From the NCBI RefSeq assembly GCF_964204645.1, contig NC_134029.1, positions 11,434,850 through 11,498,849 of the forward strand: a DNA stretch of 64,000 nt, given 5' to 3'. Made by a program: the position numbers and the translations under genes. This DNA is from Tubulanus polymorphus. Lineage: Eukaryota > Animalia > Nemertea. Below the pieces are notes generated by a model that saw nothing but the letters and a program-made list of their open reading frames with translations, was not told where the DNA came from and did no database searches. This document shows, one piece after another, positions 1 to 11,749 of this stretch (position 1 is the stretch's first letter; every line of letters starts with the position of its first letter).

Positions 1-930
1 TCGCTGGCGATAAAACCAAAATATTGAATTGTCGCGGGTGACAAAACCAAAATATTGATTTGTCGCGGGTGACAAAACCAAATTAATGGATTGTCGCGGG
101 CGATAAAACCAAAACAATGAATTGTCGCGGGCGATAAAACCAAAAAATTGAATTGTCGTGGGCGACAAAACCAAAATACTGATTTGTCGCGGGTGACAAA
201 ACCAAATTAATGAATTGTCGCGGACGATAAAACCAAAATATTTAATTGTCGCGGGCGATAAAACCAAAATCTTGAATTGTCGCGGGCGACAAAACCAAAA
301 TATTGAATTGTCGCGGGCGACAAAACCAAACTAATGAATTGTTGCGGGCGATAAAACCAAAATAATGAATTGTCGCGTGCGACAAAACCAAAATAATGAA
401 TTGTCGCGGGCGATAAAACCAAAATAATGAATTGTCGCGGGCGATAAAACCAAAATATTGAATTGTCGTGGGCGACAAAACCAAAATATTGATTTGTCGC
501 GGGTGACAAAACCAAATTAATGAATTGTCGCGGGCGATAAAATCAAAATAATGAGTTGTCGCGGGCGACAAAACCAAAATAATGAATTGTCGCGGCGATA
601 AAACCAAAATAATGAATTGTCGCGGGCGATAAAACCAAAATATTGAAATGTCGCGGGCGACAAAACCAAACTAATGAATTGTCGCGGGCGATAAAACCAA
701 AATAATGAATTGTCGCGTGCGACAAAACCAAAATAATGAATTGTCGCGGGCGATAAAACCAAAATAATGAATTGTCGCGGGCGATAAAACCAAAATATTG
801 AATTGTCGTGGGCGACAAAACCAAAATATTGATTTGTCGCGGGTGACAAAACCAAATTAATGAATTGTCGCGGGCGATAAAATCAAAATAATGAGTTGTC
901 GCGGGCGATAAAACCGAAATAATGTTTTGT
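1..930. repeat. Tandem satellite, ~30-31 bp unit (AATTGTCGCGGGCGATAAAACCAAAATAATG)
   Basis: About 30 directly visible copies with variant subtypes. The array is cut by the left window edge. Confidence 0.97.
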
Positions 931-1021
931 CGCGTTATTTTAGTTTTGTGGTTTTGTCATAATGTCGCCTTCATTTGCATGTACGTGTTTTTTTTACGCA
1001 TGGCCCTTATCAGCCACCATA
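1..1021. mobile_element. Right end of an IS3EU-like non-autonomous DNA transposon carrying the satellite
   Basis: Ends in GGCCCTTATCAGCCACCATA, nearly identical to the TIR of the 23276-24646 element (TATGG...CCATA termini). Confidence 0.65.
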
Positions 1022-2260
1022 CTAAAGCCTTAAGGTCGCGTAAAACTCGATAAACACTTCAAGCGACACAGCGAACGATCTCCTTTCCCCTACAGCGAAC
1101 GCTTAACCTAGTAGAGGCTACTAGCCTATGTAGGCCTATGTATATGCGTAGGCCTAACATCCGGACAGATTGGTCGTAGGCCTATTGAATTTAACAACCC
1201 ACCTAAATATCGTAAATTTTGTTTTGAAGTTCAATCCAATGAGTCCGTTAATAAACGTAACAATTGTACTGCGTTTGTTTGATACAGTAAAGCTCAGTAC
1301 CGGTAGGCCTAAAGCCGCGTCAAACTCGATAAACACTTCAAGCGACACAGCGAACGATCCCTTTCCCCCACAGCGAACGCTTACTCCGAATGTCAAGTGA
1401 GTCCAGCATACGGATAGGAGTGTGTTATATACTTGTATTTAGTAAATAACTTGTGCATTTGACAATGATCGGTATGTACTGTAGGAAATATAGAGTATTG
1501 ATGGTATTGATATAGAGGTTGAAGCCCGCGGCCGAATAAAGTAATATATTCTTTTATTTTGATACCTCGTCGACATAACAGCTTTTCTCCGCTATATCTC
1601 TTCGGCGTGTTTAGTTTAGGCCTACGATTCCCCGGTACACTAAAGATTTATCTTAGTAAATACACGGTTAATTCGGTGAAGAAAAATAGGTATTGTTATA
1701 CTAACTCCTTGAAACCCGCAGCCAAATCACTGGTAGTAATAAATTAATTTGTACTCGATTTGATTCTCATGATGAGGAGAAACTCGCAGCTGATCCCCGG
1801 AACGACGATGTAGTAACACACGTCGATTCGTCGATGTTTACGGCTCGACAGTGCTTTTAAAATCTAAAGTAGTAAATTTCCAGTGTATCGGTAATATGAT
1901 TTGATGAGGAAAATGGGCTATTGTTAAAATCACTGTTTGAAGACCGCGACTGAATTTGAAGTCTGCGGCAATAAATTAGTTCATTTATACTTGAATTGAT
2001 AATCGAAGTGACAGTCGGCCTGCTGGTTGATTTCGGGATGAAGACTCGAAAAACATGTCGCCCCATTGAATGGGGCTAAATTTTCGATGTTTACGGCCCG
2101 ACAGCGCTTTTGTAACGATGATTCGTGAAAAAACACGCGGGCTATTTGTAGATCTCAGTGAGCTGAACGATATTATATGGATTGTATATGAAACAGTGGT
2201 AAGGTAACAAAGCCTATGTTCTTTTGGTAAAAATAGTGTGGAAGAAAATAATAATAATAA

Positions 2261-2368
2261 TAATCACGCGGATATCAATAGGGTTTTCTGTGAAATAACA
2301 GAAAACCCTAATAATAATCACGCGGATATCAATAGGGTTTTCTGTGAAATAACAGAAAACCCTAATAA
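2261..2368. repeat. Tandem duplication of a ~53-bp unit with a TAGGGTTTTCTG/CAGAAAACCCTA hairpin; marks the truncated left edge of the Polinton
   Basis: Two direct copies are visible, each with a 12-bp stem. Confidence 0.8.
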
Positions 2369-2712
2369 ATGAGTGATGATATTAAGAAGAAGCCTAGATC
2401 TGAAAAACAAGTACAGTGGGCAAAGGAGTTGGGAAAAGATCTGCAGAATTAAAAAAAGCTAAGAAAAAGAAATTAACTGATATTAATGAATCACCTGATA
2501 TTAATTCAAATAATAATTTATCTAATTCGTCTAATGCTGGAAGTAATAATAAATTATATTTTACAATTGGATTAGTAACAGTAATTATATTCTCTGGTGT
2601 AATATATAGATATAAGTATAAATCCAAATCTAATAATAATGATGATAGTGATAATGATGATAGTAGTGATGATTATAAACCTACTATACATGAAACTGAA
2701 TCTAAATTATAA
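2369..2712 (+). pseudogene. Small basic protein with one TM helix (MSDDIKKKPRSEKQVQWAKELG...LYFTIGLVTVIIFSGVIY), one frameshift
   Basis: The ATG at 2369 joins the 2416-2712 ORF through a frameshift. Hydrophobic segment visible. Confidence 0.6.
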
Positions 2713-2730
2713 TTAATGGATTAAAATAAG

Positions 2731-3763
2731 ATGAAAAAAGAACAATATTTAAGAGACTTATATTATAATCCAGAGAGTGAAGTTTCATATTCTAGTGTTT
2801 CAGAATTATGGGATAAAATTAAATCTGATAATGAAAATATAAAATATAGTGAATTAGAATTATGGTTACAAAATCAACCCACATATCAAATCCATAAGAA
2901 AATGGATAAAAATTATTAAACAAGAAAAGTTATGGTTTCGTATATCGATCAACAATGGCAAGCAGATTTAATTGACATGAAAAACTTACTTAGATACGCA
3001 TGGTCAATTCCAATCAAAAATAAAACAGGTATAGAAGTTACTAATGCGTTCAAGTTAATATTTAAAGAAGCTATTCCAGGTAAGATACAATTTGATGAAG
3101 GTAAGGAATTTTATAATAAACATTAAAAAAATTATTATCTGATAACGATGTAGAGTATTTTTCAACACACTCAGATAAAAAAGCATCTATTATAGAAAGA
3201 TTTGATAAAACATTGAAAACTTGAATGTGGAAATATTTTACTGCTAATGAAACATATAGATATATCGATGTGTAAGATGATTTAGTGAAAGGTTATAATA
3301 ACTCTAAACATAGTTCTATAAATATGAAACCTATACAAGCTAGAAAAGAATATAATTCAGAAGTTGTTTGTAATAATTTATATGGAGCATTTGTAACGCA
3401 TGATTTCGGAGAACCTAAATTCAAAATTGGGCAACATGAAAGAATATCTAAATATCGAAAAACATTTTATAAAGGATATACTCCAAATATTACCGAAGAA
3501 ATATTTAAAATGAAAAAGATAATATTAACTAAACCTTTTGTTAATAATTAGTAGATTTAAAAGATGACGAAATATTAGGTTATTTCTACGAACAAGAATT
3601 ATCACTTGTACCAAACCCAGATAAAATAGAATACAAAATAGAAAAAGTATTGAAAACAAAAACGTTACGTGGTAAGAAATATTCTTTGGTGAAATATAAA
3701 GGGTATGATGATAAATGTAATGAATGGATTTTATCTAGTAAAATTAAAAGAATTAATGAATAA
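2731..3763 (+). pseudogene. Polinton c-integrase (RVE/DDE) with C-terminal chromodomain, disrupted
   Basis: Motifs YYNP, QWQADLIDM, IQFDEGKEFYN, KASIIERF, YNNSKHSSINMKP, KFKIG..RISK, FYEQEL, and chromodomain YKIEKVLK...LVKYKGY...NEWI. Several stops and frameshifts. Confidence 0.95.
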
Positions 3764-4364
3764 AGATTTATCTATATTTGAACCACATAATATGTTAGTT
3801 ACTGGAGTAACAAATTGTGGTAAAACACCTTTCATATAAGATTTGTTAGAAACTGTTTATAAGAATCATTTTGATATAATATTATTTTGCCCTACTTATG
3901 AAATGAATAAAACATATAATAGGGATATAGTTAATGTAAAAAAGTTTATTATATTAGATCCTAAAACAGTTAAAGAAAATTTAGATAATTGTATTAAAAT
4001 AGCAATTGATATTTATAAAGGATCTAATACATTATTCATCATTGATGATTGTGCAAATTTACACGATTCAAAAGTAAGAGAAAGTGAACTATGTTATCTA
4101 GCTTTCTCTGGTAGACATTTTGGCATAACAACGTGGGTTTTGAATCAAAAATATAATTCAATTGTTAAAGATTTTAGAGAAAACATTAGATTTTTAGTTT
4201 TATTCTACAATAAAGATAGAAAATCTATGCAACAATCATTGGAAGAGAATCAAATAAAACCTACTGAATTACATGATGAATATATGAATAAATTAAAAAG
4301 TAATAAAGGTTCCAAATTACTTCTGAGACTACAATTTCCCTCTGAATATAAATTTATAAAATAA
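3756..4364 (+). pseudogene. A32/FtsK-HerA-like DNA packaging ATPase, one premature stop (3837-3839)
   Basis: Walker A MLVTGVTNCGKT lies in frame upstream of the listed 3843 ORF. Walker B LFIIDD, then GRHFGITTWVLNQ and RENIR. Confidence 0.92.
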
Positions 4365-4384
4365 AATCCTAATTTAAGCATTTA

Positions 4385-4670
4385 TGTATTAGATACGTAT
4401 AAGATACTTATTAGATACCGTAATACTTAAAACCCCCTTTTTTAGATAAATATTATTTATACAATTTTCAACTTATTAATATATTTTTATTTTTTCAACT
4501 TATATATGAATAAGTTTGAAAGTAATAAAGGTTATGTAAATTAATACATATTAGATACATAAATACTTAAATACGTATTAAATACCTTAATACTTAAACC
4601 CATGTATTAATTACGCATTAAATACGTATTAGATACCTTAATACTTAAAACCCCCTTTTTTATTAACTAT
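4385..4670. repeat. Short repeats (TATTAGATAC / TAATACTTAAAACCCCCTTTTTT) in the convergent intergenic zone of the Polinton
   Basis: Several copies lie between the + strand ATPase stop and the minus-strand gene block. Confidence 0.6.
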
Positions 4671-4697
4671 TATTATATTTAATCTTTACCTAATATA

Positions 4698-5122
4698 TTA
4701 TGTGAGTTTGTAATAATTAACATCATTTTCATCATCATTCTCCAATTCATCATCAGACTCTAACATTTTATTCAACCTATCTACCGGATCGACATAAGTT
4801 TCTTCATTATAATCTTTTTTCATCCTATCTACCGCATCATTAATAGTTACTACTTTCCGTTTCGTCCAATCTGTATCTATATTTTCTGCTTTCAATTTCA
4901 TATATGCTTTACTGTAACTATATTTTCCTTATCCTCTTTCTTAGTGTTTGACCTTAATATTTTATTTACAGTGTTTGATCCTAATATTTTATTAGCATCA
5001 GTTAAATCTAATTCATCTTTACTGAGTTCAGGTTCCTTAGATAAAAATTCACCTAATAAATCTTCATATAAATCTTTACCATTTACTTTTTTATTTGAAA
5101 CAAACTTTGTAACATATCTAAA
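4698..5122 (-). pseudogene. Probable C-terminal part of the MAEGG protein (N-terminal part at 11419-11734)
   Basis: Polinton-like composition. Joining the flanks of the 5123-11418 block reads ...KSKYFD|FRYVTKFVSNKK... Confidence 0.55.
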
Positions 5123-5231
5123 TGGGTGCGGTTCCTGAACTTGGCTGAAAAAGCTGAAACACTGAAACGCTGAAACGCTGAAAATAAAACAGGGAATTCC
5201 AGAAAACTTTCCATTTCGACCCGTTGTATCA

Positions 5232-6599
5232 ATGATCGACACTGCTGAATATAACCTGGCCAAATATCTCGATAAAATCATTAAACCACATATACCGTCT
5301 AAATTCATGTTAAATAGCACTTGGGAGTTCCTTAAAAAACTGAAACAATTCGTTTTTAAACCTTCTGATATTCTAATAAGTTTTGATGTAGAGTCACTTT
5401 TCACTAATGTTCCATTGAAAGAAACCATTGATATAGTTTCCGATTATATATATGCTTCCGACTCTAAACCTACATATGATCAGGCTACATTCAAAGAATT
5501 ACTTAAAATCGCAACTTCGGGTTTGTTTATGTACAATGATCGTATTTTCAAGCAAGTTGATGGGGTCACCATGGGCAGCCCCTTAGGCCCAACCTTAGCG
5601 AACTTTTGTCTTGCCCATTTTGAAAACTTGCTCCTCTCCAAAACTAATTACAAACCGACATTATACCTGAGATACGTGGACGATATTTTCGGCATATTTC
5701 GAAATGTATCCAGTTATAGACTATTTTTTGAAGAATTGAATCGCCTCCATTCTAACCTTAAATTCACTTTTGAACTAGGTCCTAATCTATTACCTTTTCT
5801 CGATACCGAAATACAAATTCCGTTAGAAACCGGTAGTGACTTTATATCTCGAGTGTACAGGAAAGCTTCCAACACAGGCCTACTTTTGAACTTCAACGCC
5901 ATGTGTCCGTATAAATGGAAAATAGGACTCATCAATACCATGCTTTTTCGTGCCTACAATATTTGCAGTGATTGGACCATCTTTTTAGAAGAAATCAATT
6001 TCTTGAAAAATCTGTTTAAATCTAATGCGTTTCCTATTCATGTCATCGATCAATGTATTAATAGATTTTTGAAATCAAAACAGAACTCAGAACCTCAACC
6101 GAAACCTGTTGAAGATGGAATTGATCTATTCATTTCATTACCGTATATTGGTAACCCGTCAATCCTATTTGCCCGAAAATTAAAATATCTATTTAAGAGG
6201 AATTTTGAAATCAACTTGAAATGTGCATTCACTACGACCAAAATTAAGAATTTTTTCTCTTTGAAATGTGCTACCCCTAAATCGCTGAAGGCTAAAGTCA
6301 TATATAAATTTAATTGTTTATGTGATATAAACACTTCCTATATTGGGAAAACTAAACGACATTTGGCCATCAGGATTAAGGAACACAGATCAAAGACTTC
6401 TGCGATTGGACAACATCTCGCAATTTGTCACACTTGTGATCAGGAATTCAGTAACAACAAATTCAAAATTCTAGACAAAGGTTCATCTGATCTCGACTGT
6501 AAAATTAGGGAGGCCCTGTTTATTAAAGCGCAACGACCCTCTTTAAATCAACAATTATTTCAAAACGGCTCATCCTTTATCCTAAATGTATTCAAATAA
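5232..6599 (+). CDS. Penelope-type reverse transcriptase plus GIY-YIG endonuclease (N-terminally truncated, open frame)
   Basis: RT motifs SFDVESLFTNVP, QVDGVTMGSPLGPTLAN, YLRYVDDIF, LPFLD, VYRK. GIY-YIG motifs VIYKFNC...YIGKTKRHLAIRIKEH...REALFI...PSLN. Confidence 0.96.
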   Translation: MIDTAEYNLAKYLDKIIKPHIPSKFMLNSTWEFLKKLKQFVFKPSDILISFDVESLFTNVPLKETIDIVSDYIYASDSKPTYDQATFKELLKIATSGLFMYNDRIFKQVDGVTMGSPLGPTLANFCLAHFENLLLSKTNYKPTLYLRYVDDIFGIFRNVSSYRLFFEELNRLHSNLKFTFELGPNLLPFLDTEIQIPLETGSDFISRVYRKASNTGLLLNFNAMCPYKWKIGLINTMLFRAYNICSDWTIFLEEINFLKNLFKSNAFPIHVIDQCINRFLKSKQNSEPQPKPVEDGIDLFISLPYIGNPSILFARKLKYLFKRNFEINLKCAFTTTKIKNFFSLKCATPKSLKAKVIYKFNCLCDINTSYIGKTKRHLAIRIKEHRSKTSAIGQHLAICHTCDQEFSNNKFKILDKGSSDLDCKIREALFIKAQRPSLNQQLFQNGSSFILNVFK

Positions 6600-6712
6600 T
6601 TAGTTTGTAATTAAATACTTGGTTTGTAATTAGCTTAGAATTTAGCACTTGTAATTTTGTAACTTATGTTGTATATAAACCTGTAGTTTAATCATTTGAT
6701 TCACTTGTATTT

Positions 6713-6749
6713 CACCTGATGAGGGGATATGATCCCGAAAACGTTCGTG
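6713..6749 (+). ncRNA. Minimal type I hammerhead ribozyme in the Penelope pLTR
   Basis: CAC-CTGATGA-GGGGATATGATCCC-GAAA-ACGT-TC-GTG. Conserved core, stem II, palindromic AACGTT stem III and CAC/GTG stem I. Confidence 0.85.
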
Positions 6750-7824
6750 TTAATAAACTGTAGTTACTCATTAGAAAATGAGGTTTTTAATGTTATCGCT
6801 TCTATGGTTATTCGGATATTTGAACTCTCTTCCTAAGATCCAATTCCAGAAAAACGCTGAAATCGTGCTAGGAACCGACGATACATGTTTTGAAAATTTT
6901 TCCGGGCCCGGTGTCTGCTGCCGGGTCCTAAACCGTGCTTTAGTCTTCACCGAATTTTTTCGGGTTATAGAGATACGCCTACAAGGTCGTTGTCTTCGGC
7001 ACCCTTCAACATTTTCAACTGGCATCAGACCACAATAAATAAGTTAGTAGCTTGAAGGTGCGTATGGCCGGACCATAGTAGCTAGAGTGAAGAAGAGGTC
7101 CCCCATAAATGTTGCCATAATTTCGGCAAATGAGATAGTGGTCTGAGCTCAACTTTTGATCGATTGATGGAGGACCTCATTTCCTTGACAAGAGCCGGAA
7201 TCTTCAGTTGAATCAGGAGGAACAATAATTGTTCAGGAAAAACTTCATAACATGATACTTACTAGCCAAAAATTAGTTCATAAAAACTGCATCAGTTCCA
7301 AAAGCTACCATCATGCTTCTCCAAAATGGAAAATAAATAAATACTATTTTACTTTCATTTTATTTTACTGTGCATCATGATATAAATTGTTGTTATTGTT
7401 TTATGTGCATGTATGTACCCGTATGAGCTAACAATGAAGTTTTCACTTCATTTGAATAAATTCTTAACTACAGTAATTCTGTCACTAACGGGATCTTTGA
7501 ATTCCACTTGAGTGATAAAATGTTAACAAACGTCCAAGAATAAACGAGTCGCAACACACAGAGTTCCTGTCTTCAAAATTACTTTTTATTTCACGAACTG
7601 ATCTCAACGATCTAAATATTTCTAGCGGTCTCCCCCACGGTCCAAAAACCCCAGTATATATAGTCAATTCTCCAACCCATCTCATTAGCGAACGACATTG
7701 CCAAAGCCCGTTAATTTGTCGTTAGCGCAACAGCGTTGCCCATAAAAATATCATTATTCAACCGAAATAATTACAAAAGGACATTATACGTGACAGTTTC
7801 CCAGAAAAATGTAACATTAACTCA

Positions 7825-7920
7825 TTAAGAATCATTATCAGACGGTCGTCACGCTACTATATAAAATAATAGTTATTTTATATAGTAAAGCGTGACGACC
7901 GTCTGATAAATGATTCTTAA
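7825..7920. repeat. ~96-bp near-perfect palindrome (fold-back MITE-like)
   Basis: TTAAGAATCATTATCAGACGGTCGTCACGC ... GCGTGACGACCGTCTGATAAATGATTCTTAA. Confidence 0.85.
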
Positions 7921-8486
7921 CGACCAATTGTTTATCAGAACTTTATAGCGGATAAATAAACAATATAAAAACAAGGTATTTCCGTGATATTTTGAATTTA
8001 TTCGCAGTTCATATTTAGCGCCATGCTCGCGAGATTATCAACAACCCGGAAATAAAATCCAAGCCCATCGCCAAACCCCTGTGGTTGTGTTGTGTATAAG
8101 CTTTAGTGAACAACAACGTAAAAGGTAAGGATGAAGCACTTTCTTGTAGTTGTTTATAGCCGGCCCACGACAATGACTGAAACACGAATTTTTGGCGGAG
8201 GAAGTCGGGCCGTACGCGCCGTACTATTTCATCCTCCGCGCCGGCCCTTGCCAAAGTTTGATTCACCTGCCTGGGCCCGGTTCCACAGTTGTGAGTTATT
8301 AGAGTTAACTCTTGAGTTAAAATCAGTTCAATTTCAATGTTTTAACCCTACTGTCTGTATCGCTGATAGATGAAAGCAGAAAAACTTAAGGAAAAACCCA
8401 GTTTATTTCAACTGATCATTAAAAAAATTACGGATCAAAACGTCGCAAGCATGGGTGACAGAATAATTAGTAGTAGTAGAAAGGAG

Positions 8487-8602
8487 GGTCCAACTGCAGT
8501 TTAGGTCACCTTTCCACTGTGTGGCGCTAGTGTTAATTAAGAATAGTGTTATGGTTAGGTTAGGTACATAACCATTAGGGACACCTAAATTGCAGTCGCT
8601 CC
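8487..8602. mobile_element. 116-bp MITE with ~24-bp imperfect TIRs, 8-bp TSD GAAAGGAG and internal GGTTAGGTTAGG
   Basis: TSD at 8479-8486 and 8603-8610. TIR cores ACTGCAGTTTAGGT and ACCTAAATTGCAGT. Confidence 0.75.
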
Positions 8603-9009
8603 GAAAGGAGAATCTACTAGTGTTAGAACTTCTGCTGAATTCACACCAGTCTCTCGTGGGTGTAGTTAAGTCACTAGATGTTTGCTGAATGTGATTAAAG
8701 TCTTACGAGTAACAAGGTATTGACTATTGGATCCATAATCATGGTTTGATATCTATTCAACAGGTCAAATTGTTCACATTAAGTAGGCTAACATCATGCC
8801 TAAAAGAAAAAGACGTGCTGGTGGCTTTGATCCGAAAAGGTAAGATTTCTCATGACAATTTTTGACTTGCAAGTGCTCGATTCATGTGAGTGCTGCGACG
8901 ACGTACACTATATAATTGTTACGACGATGTATTATTTTATGCCATATGTCACGACGTATTGATGAATTACCGACGACGTAAGTTTTTGCGACATCGTAAA
9001 ATGCCACCT

Positions 9010-10474
9010 GCCGTCTGAGAACGAGTTTCATCCTGCAGTATTTTTCCGTGCTGACAAGTATGAACAAGTCAAAAATGCAGACCCACTCAACTCCTATTGC
9101 TTTGCAAAACGTTGACTTAGTACCTGGATTTCGTGACTCTTCAACATATGATGTAAAATTTGGAAAACAATCATCTGTGTCGGTTGTCAAAAAGCAACTT
9201 TCCTTCAACTACAATGCTCCTGTGCAAAGTGAGATTGTGACAGTCCAACATATTAAAGATCGTATAAACTCAAATCAGAAGGTAAATCACTCCCAATACG
9301 TGTCAGTTTAATCAGTTCCTTCAATGTACTAAACCTTCTGTTTTTTAGCTCCACTGTGATCTAATATCAGCTGAGCTGTAAGGTTATGGAATTAGCCATC
9401 ATCCATCCATCCCTCTGTCATCACCTTTTATTTGCGTCACATTTTTCTCCATAAATTTTCTTGTCACTTGGAACATTTTGTTCACGATCTTGGTTTGCTA
9501 TCACACAATGAAGTCTTCCCTTTTCATAAAGCTATTTCATAACCCGTTTCATTTCCCTAAAATTAGCTATTTTAGCCTATTTATCATTTTGAACATATGG
9601 CGCAATCTACCCACATTTGTGCATCGTTTCCAAATCTGAATTACAGCTGGCTCTTCATGTATAATCATTGTTTCTTATGCATTGTTGTTAATTGTTTGGT
9701 TCATATACCTTCTCTCTTAAGCAATTTTTTTTATCATCTGTTTTCAGGTAAACATCATTGCTTCTGTAGTTGGTGAATACTCTGGAATTAAACGTATTGA
9801 TGTTCGTGGTACACAAATGGACAAACAGTCCTTCATTATAGCTGATGAAACACATTCGATGGAATTAATTTTATGGGGTGACCATATCAGAGAGATTTCT
9901 AAAGATTATTCATATAAATTCACAGACCTATCAGTCAGAAATTATCATGACATTAAAACCTTGACATCTACACCTTCATCATCCATTACCGAAGTTCAAG
10001 ATCTACCTCGTTTGAATTTTAAAATAGAGATACCTAAGGATAAAGTTATTACAGGTGAAACTACAGAAGTTAAAGTCTCTTAAGTCATATTCTTGTAACA
10101 ATTGCAAAACTAAAATCACAAGAACTGGTAGCAACATTTTGAAATGCAGCAACTGTGGAATGAAACAGTTACATTCTCGACTGAAATCCACCACCTGTGC
10201 TTTCTTGAATGTTATGAATCATAAGATAAGGAGTTTTGATGAGACCCTGTCTAATTTTCTTACTCCTTTGTCCAAGACTCATTTATTAGATAACCCTGAT
10301 CTGTTAGAAGATTACTTCCTTGAATGTGGACCTATCACTATTCATGTATCTCATGACAATGTAGCCAGTGCTATTGTCCTCTCTACTGCTCCCACTAGTA
10401 CATGCAGTACCATAATTTCTAACTCTGAAACTGTTGCCACTACTCCAACAAAATCATCCAAAGCTAAAAAGTAA
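9010..10474 (+). pseudogene. Spliced RPA1/RPA70-like multi-OB-fold protein with C4 zinc ribbon, frameshifted
   Basis: A phase-0 GT-AG intron (9282-9747) joins the 9048 and 9817 ORFs in frame. OB-fold motif KQSFIIADETHSMELILWGD...SYKFTDLSVR, then CNNC...CSNC after a frameshift near 10078. Confidence 0.72.
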
Positions 10475-10764
10475 ATCCATACATTAAATTTGTAGGGATG
10501 AGTATGATGTAACCTTAATTGTAATCGCTGCATTTGATTTTGCAAACTGGTAGTCAAGTGCACCTTTTTACGTAATCTCATATACTGACTAATGACTTTA
10601 GAGAATCTGTCTACAGTCATATAATTGTTTTTTGTCCGTTATTTAAAAATAGGGCAACGGTGATACCTTATGCTATGTAATGCTTTATATTAATTTTCAT
10701 ATGATTACTTAATTTTGTAAGACGTTTTGAAGTTGCATCTGATCCTATATACATGTATTATTTA

Positions 10765-11041
10765 GGGTTCCTGAACCTCGCTGAAAAAGCTGAAATAAAG
10801 CAACTGAAATTTCAGGGAATTGCCGAAAAACGCTGAAATCGTGCTAGAAACCGACAATACACGTTTTGTTATTTCTTCCAGGCTGCTGTGTAGTCCTGAA
10901 CCGTGCTTTAGTCTTTACCTTGATTAGATAAAGACTAAGAAGAAATAACAAAACGTGTATTGTCGGTTCCTAGCACGATTTCAGCGTTTTTCAAGAATTC
11001 CCTGAAATTTCAGTGGTTTTTTCAGCGAAGTTCACAAACCC
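10765..11041. mobile_element. Fold-back MULE-like MITE with 9-bp TSD TATTATTTA
   Basis: GGGTT...AACCC termini and long TIRs. TSD at 10756-10764 and 11042-11050. Confidence 0.82.
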
Positions 11042-11418
11042 TATTATTTAGTCTCATATTCTGCTACTGATCATTTACATTGGCAGTCCTTGAATCTTGA
11101 GCAAAATACAACCATTTAATATTTTTGTGCATTTAGTAAGTCTATTAATTTGTTGTGAAGTGATCTAGGCTAAAAATGCCTACAATCATGTAATACTTTA
11201 TTTTAAATTTTATATAAGTTTAATATACTACCTCATATGCACTTGTTAATATAAATTTTTTAATGTATCTATTTGTCTGTTCAGAGATGTCATCTCTTAC
11301 TGGGATTATGTAATTCTGAATCTGATATTTTCTATAAAGAGTTAAAAATTTCTCTCATTCAACCCTTGTTCAATACTTTATTATAGATGATTATTCAAAT
11401 ATAAAACATTTATTACCC

Positions 11419-11734
11419 ATCAAAGTATTTACTTTTTGGACAAGTAATTCCACTATCTGTTAAAACAGTCAGTAATTTCATTATAATTTAATTCTTTATT
11501 AATTAAACCTAGGACTAAATTTTCAGCACGTATTTTCGATCTAGCTCCTTTAATATATTCATTTGTTGATTGGGGTTTAGAACCAGGAACAACTTCAGGT
11601 GTATTTAAATTAGAATTATATTCTGGCTCATTACCATCATTAAAACTTGTTTCACTAAAATCAGGTGGTTGTTCATCACTTATACCAGGTTCATCTAAAG
11701 GGTCCAATGGAATATCTTCCCCACCTTCTGCCAT
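11419..11734 (-). pseudogene. Polinton protein with acidic N-terminus (MAEGGEDIPLDPL...), interrupted
   Basis: ORF 11453-11734 continues through a frameshift as VLTDSGITCPKSKYFD up to the insertion junction. Confidence 0.65.
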
Positions 11735-11749
11735 TTACATAATAAAAAA

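Larger units (their letters stand above)
5207..6841 (+). mobile_element. Penelope-like retroelement, 5'-truncated, with 12-bp TSD AATTCCAGAAAA (5195-5206 and 6842-6853)
   Basis: RT plus GIY-YIG ORF, a 3' hammerhead motif and a direct flanking duplication. It is inserted into a TIR-like repeat related to 10765-11041. Confidence 0.92.

Noticed and set aside
1-930. CRISPR-like periodicity and the ORFs at 207-855
   Set aside because: Units are head-to-tail with no unique spacers, and no cas genes are present. The ORFs are translations of the satellite.
4898-5428. 176-aa minus-strand ORF as a real gene
   Set aside because: It is chimeric: antisense Penelope and TIR sequence fused to the Polinton fragment at ~5122.
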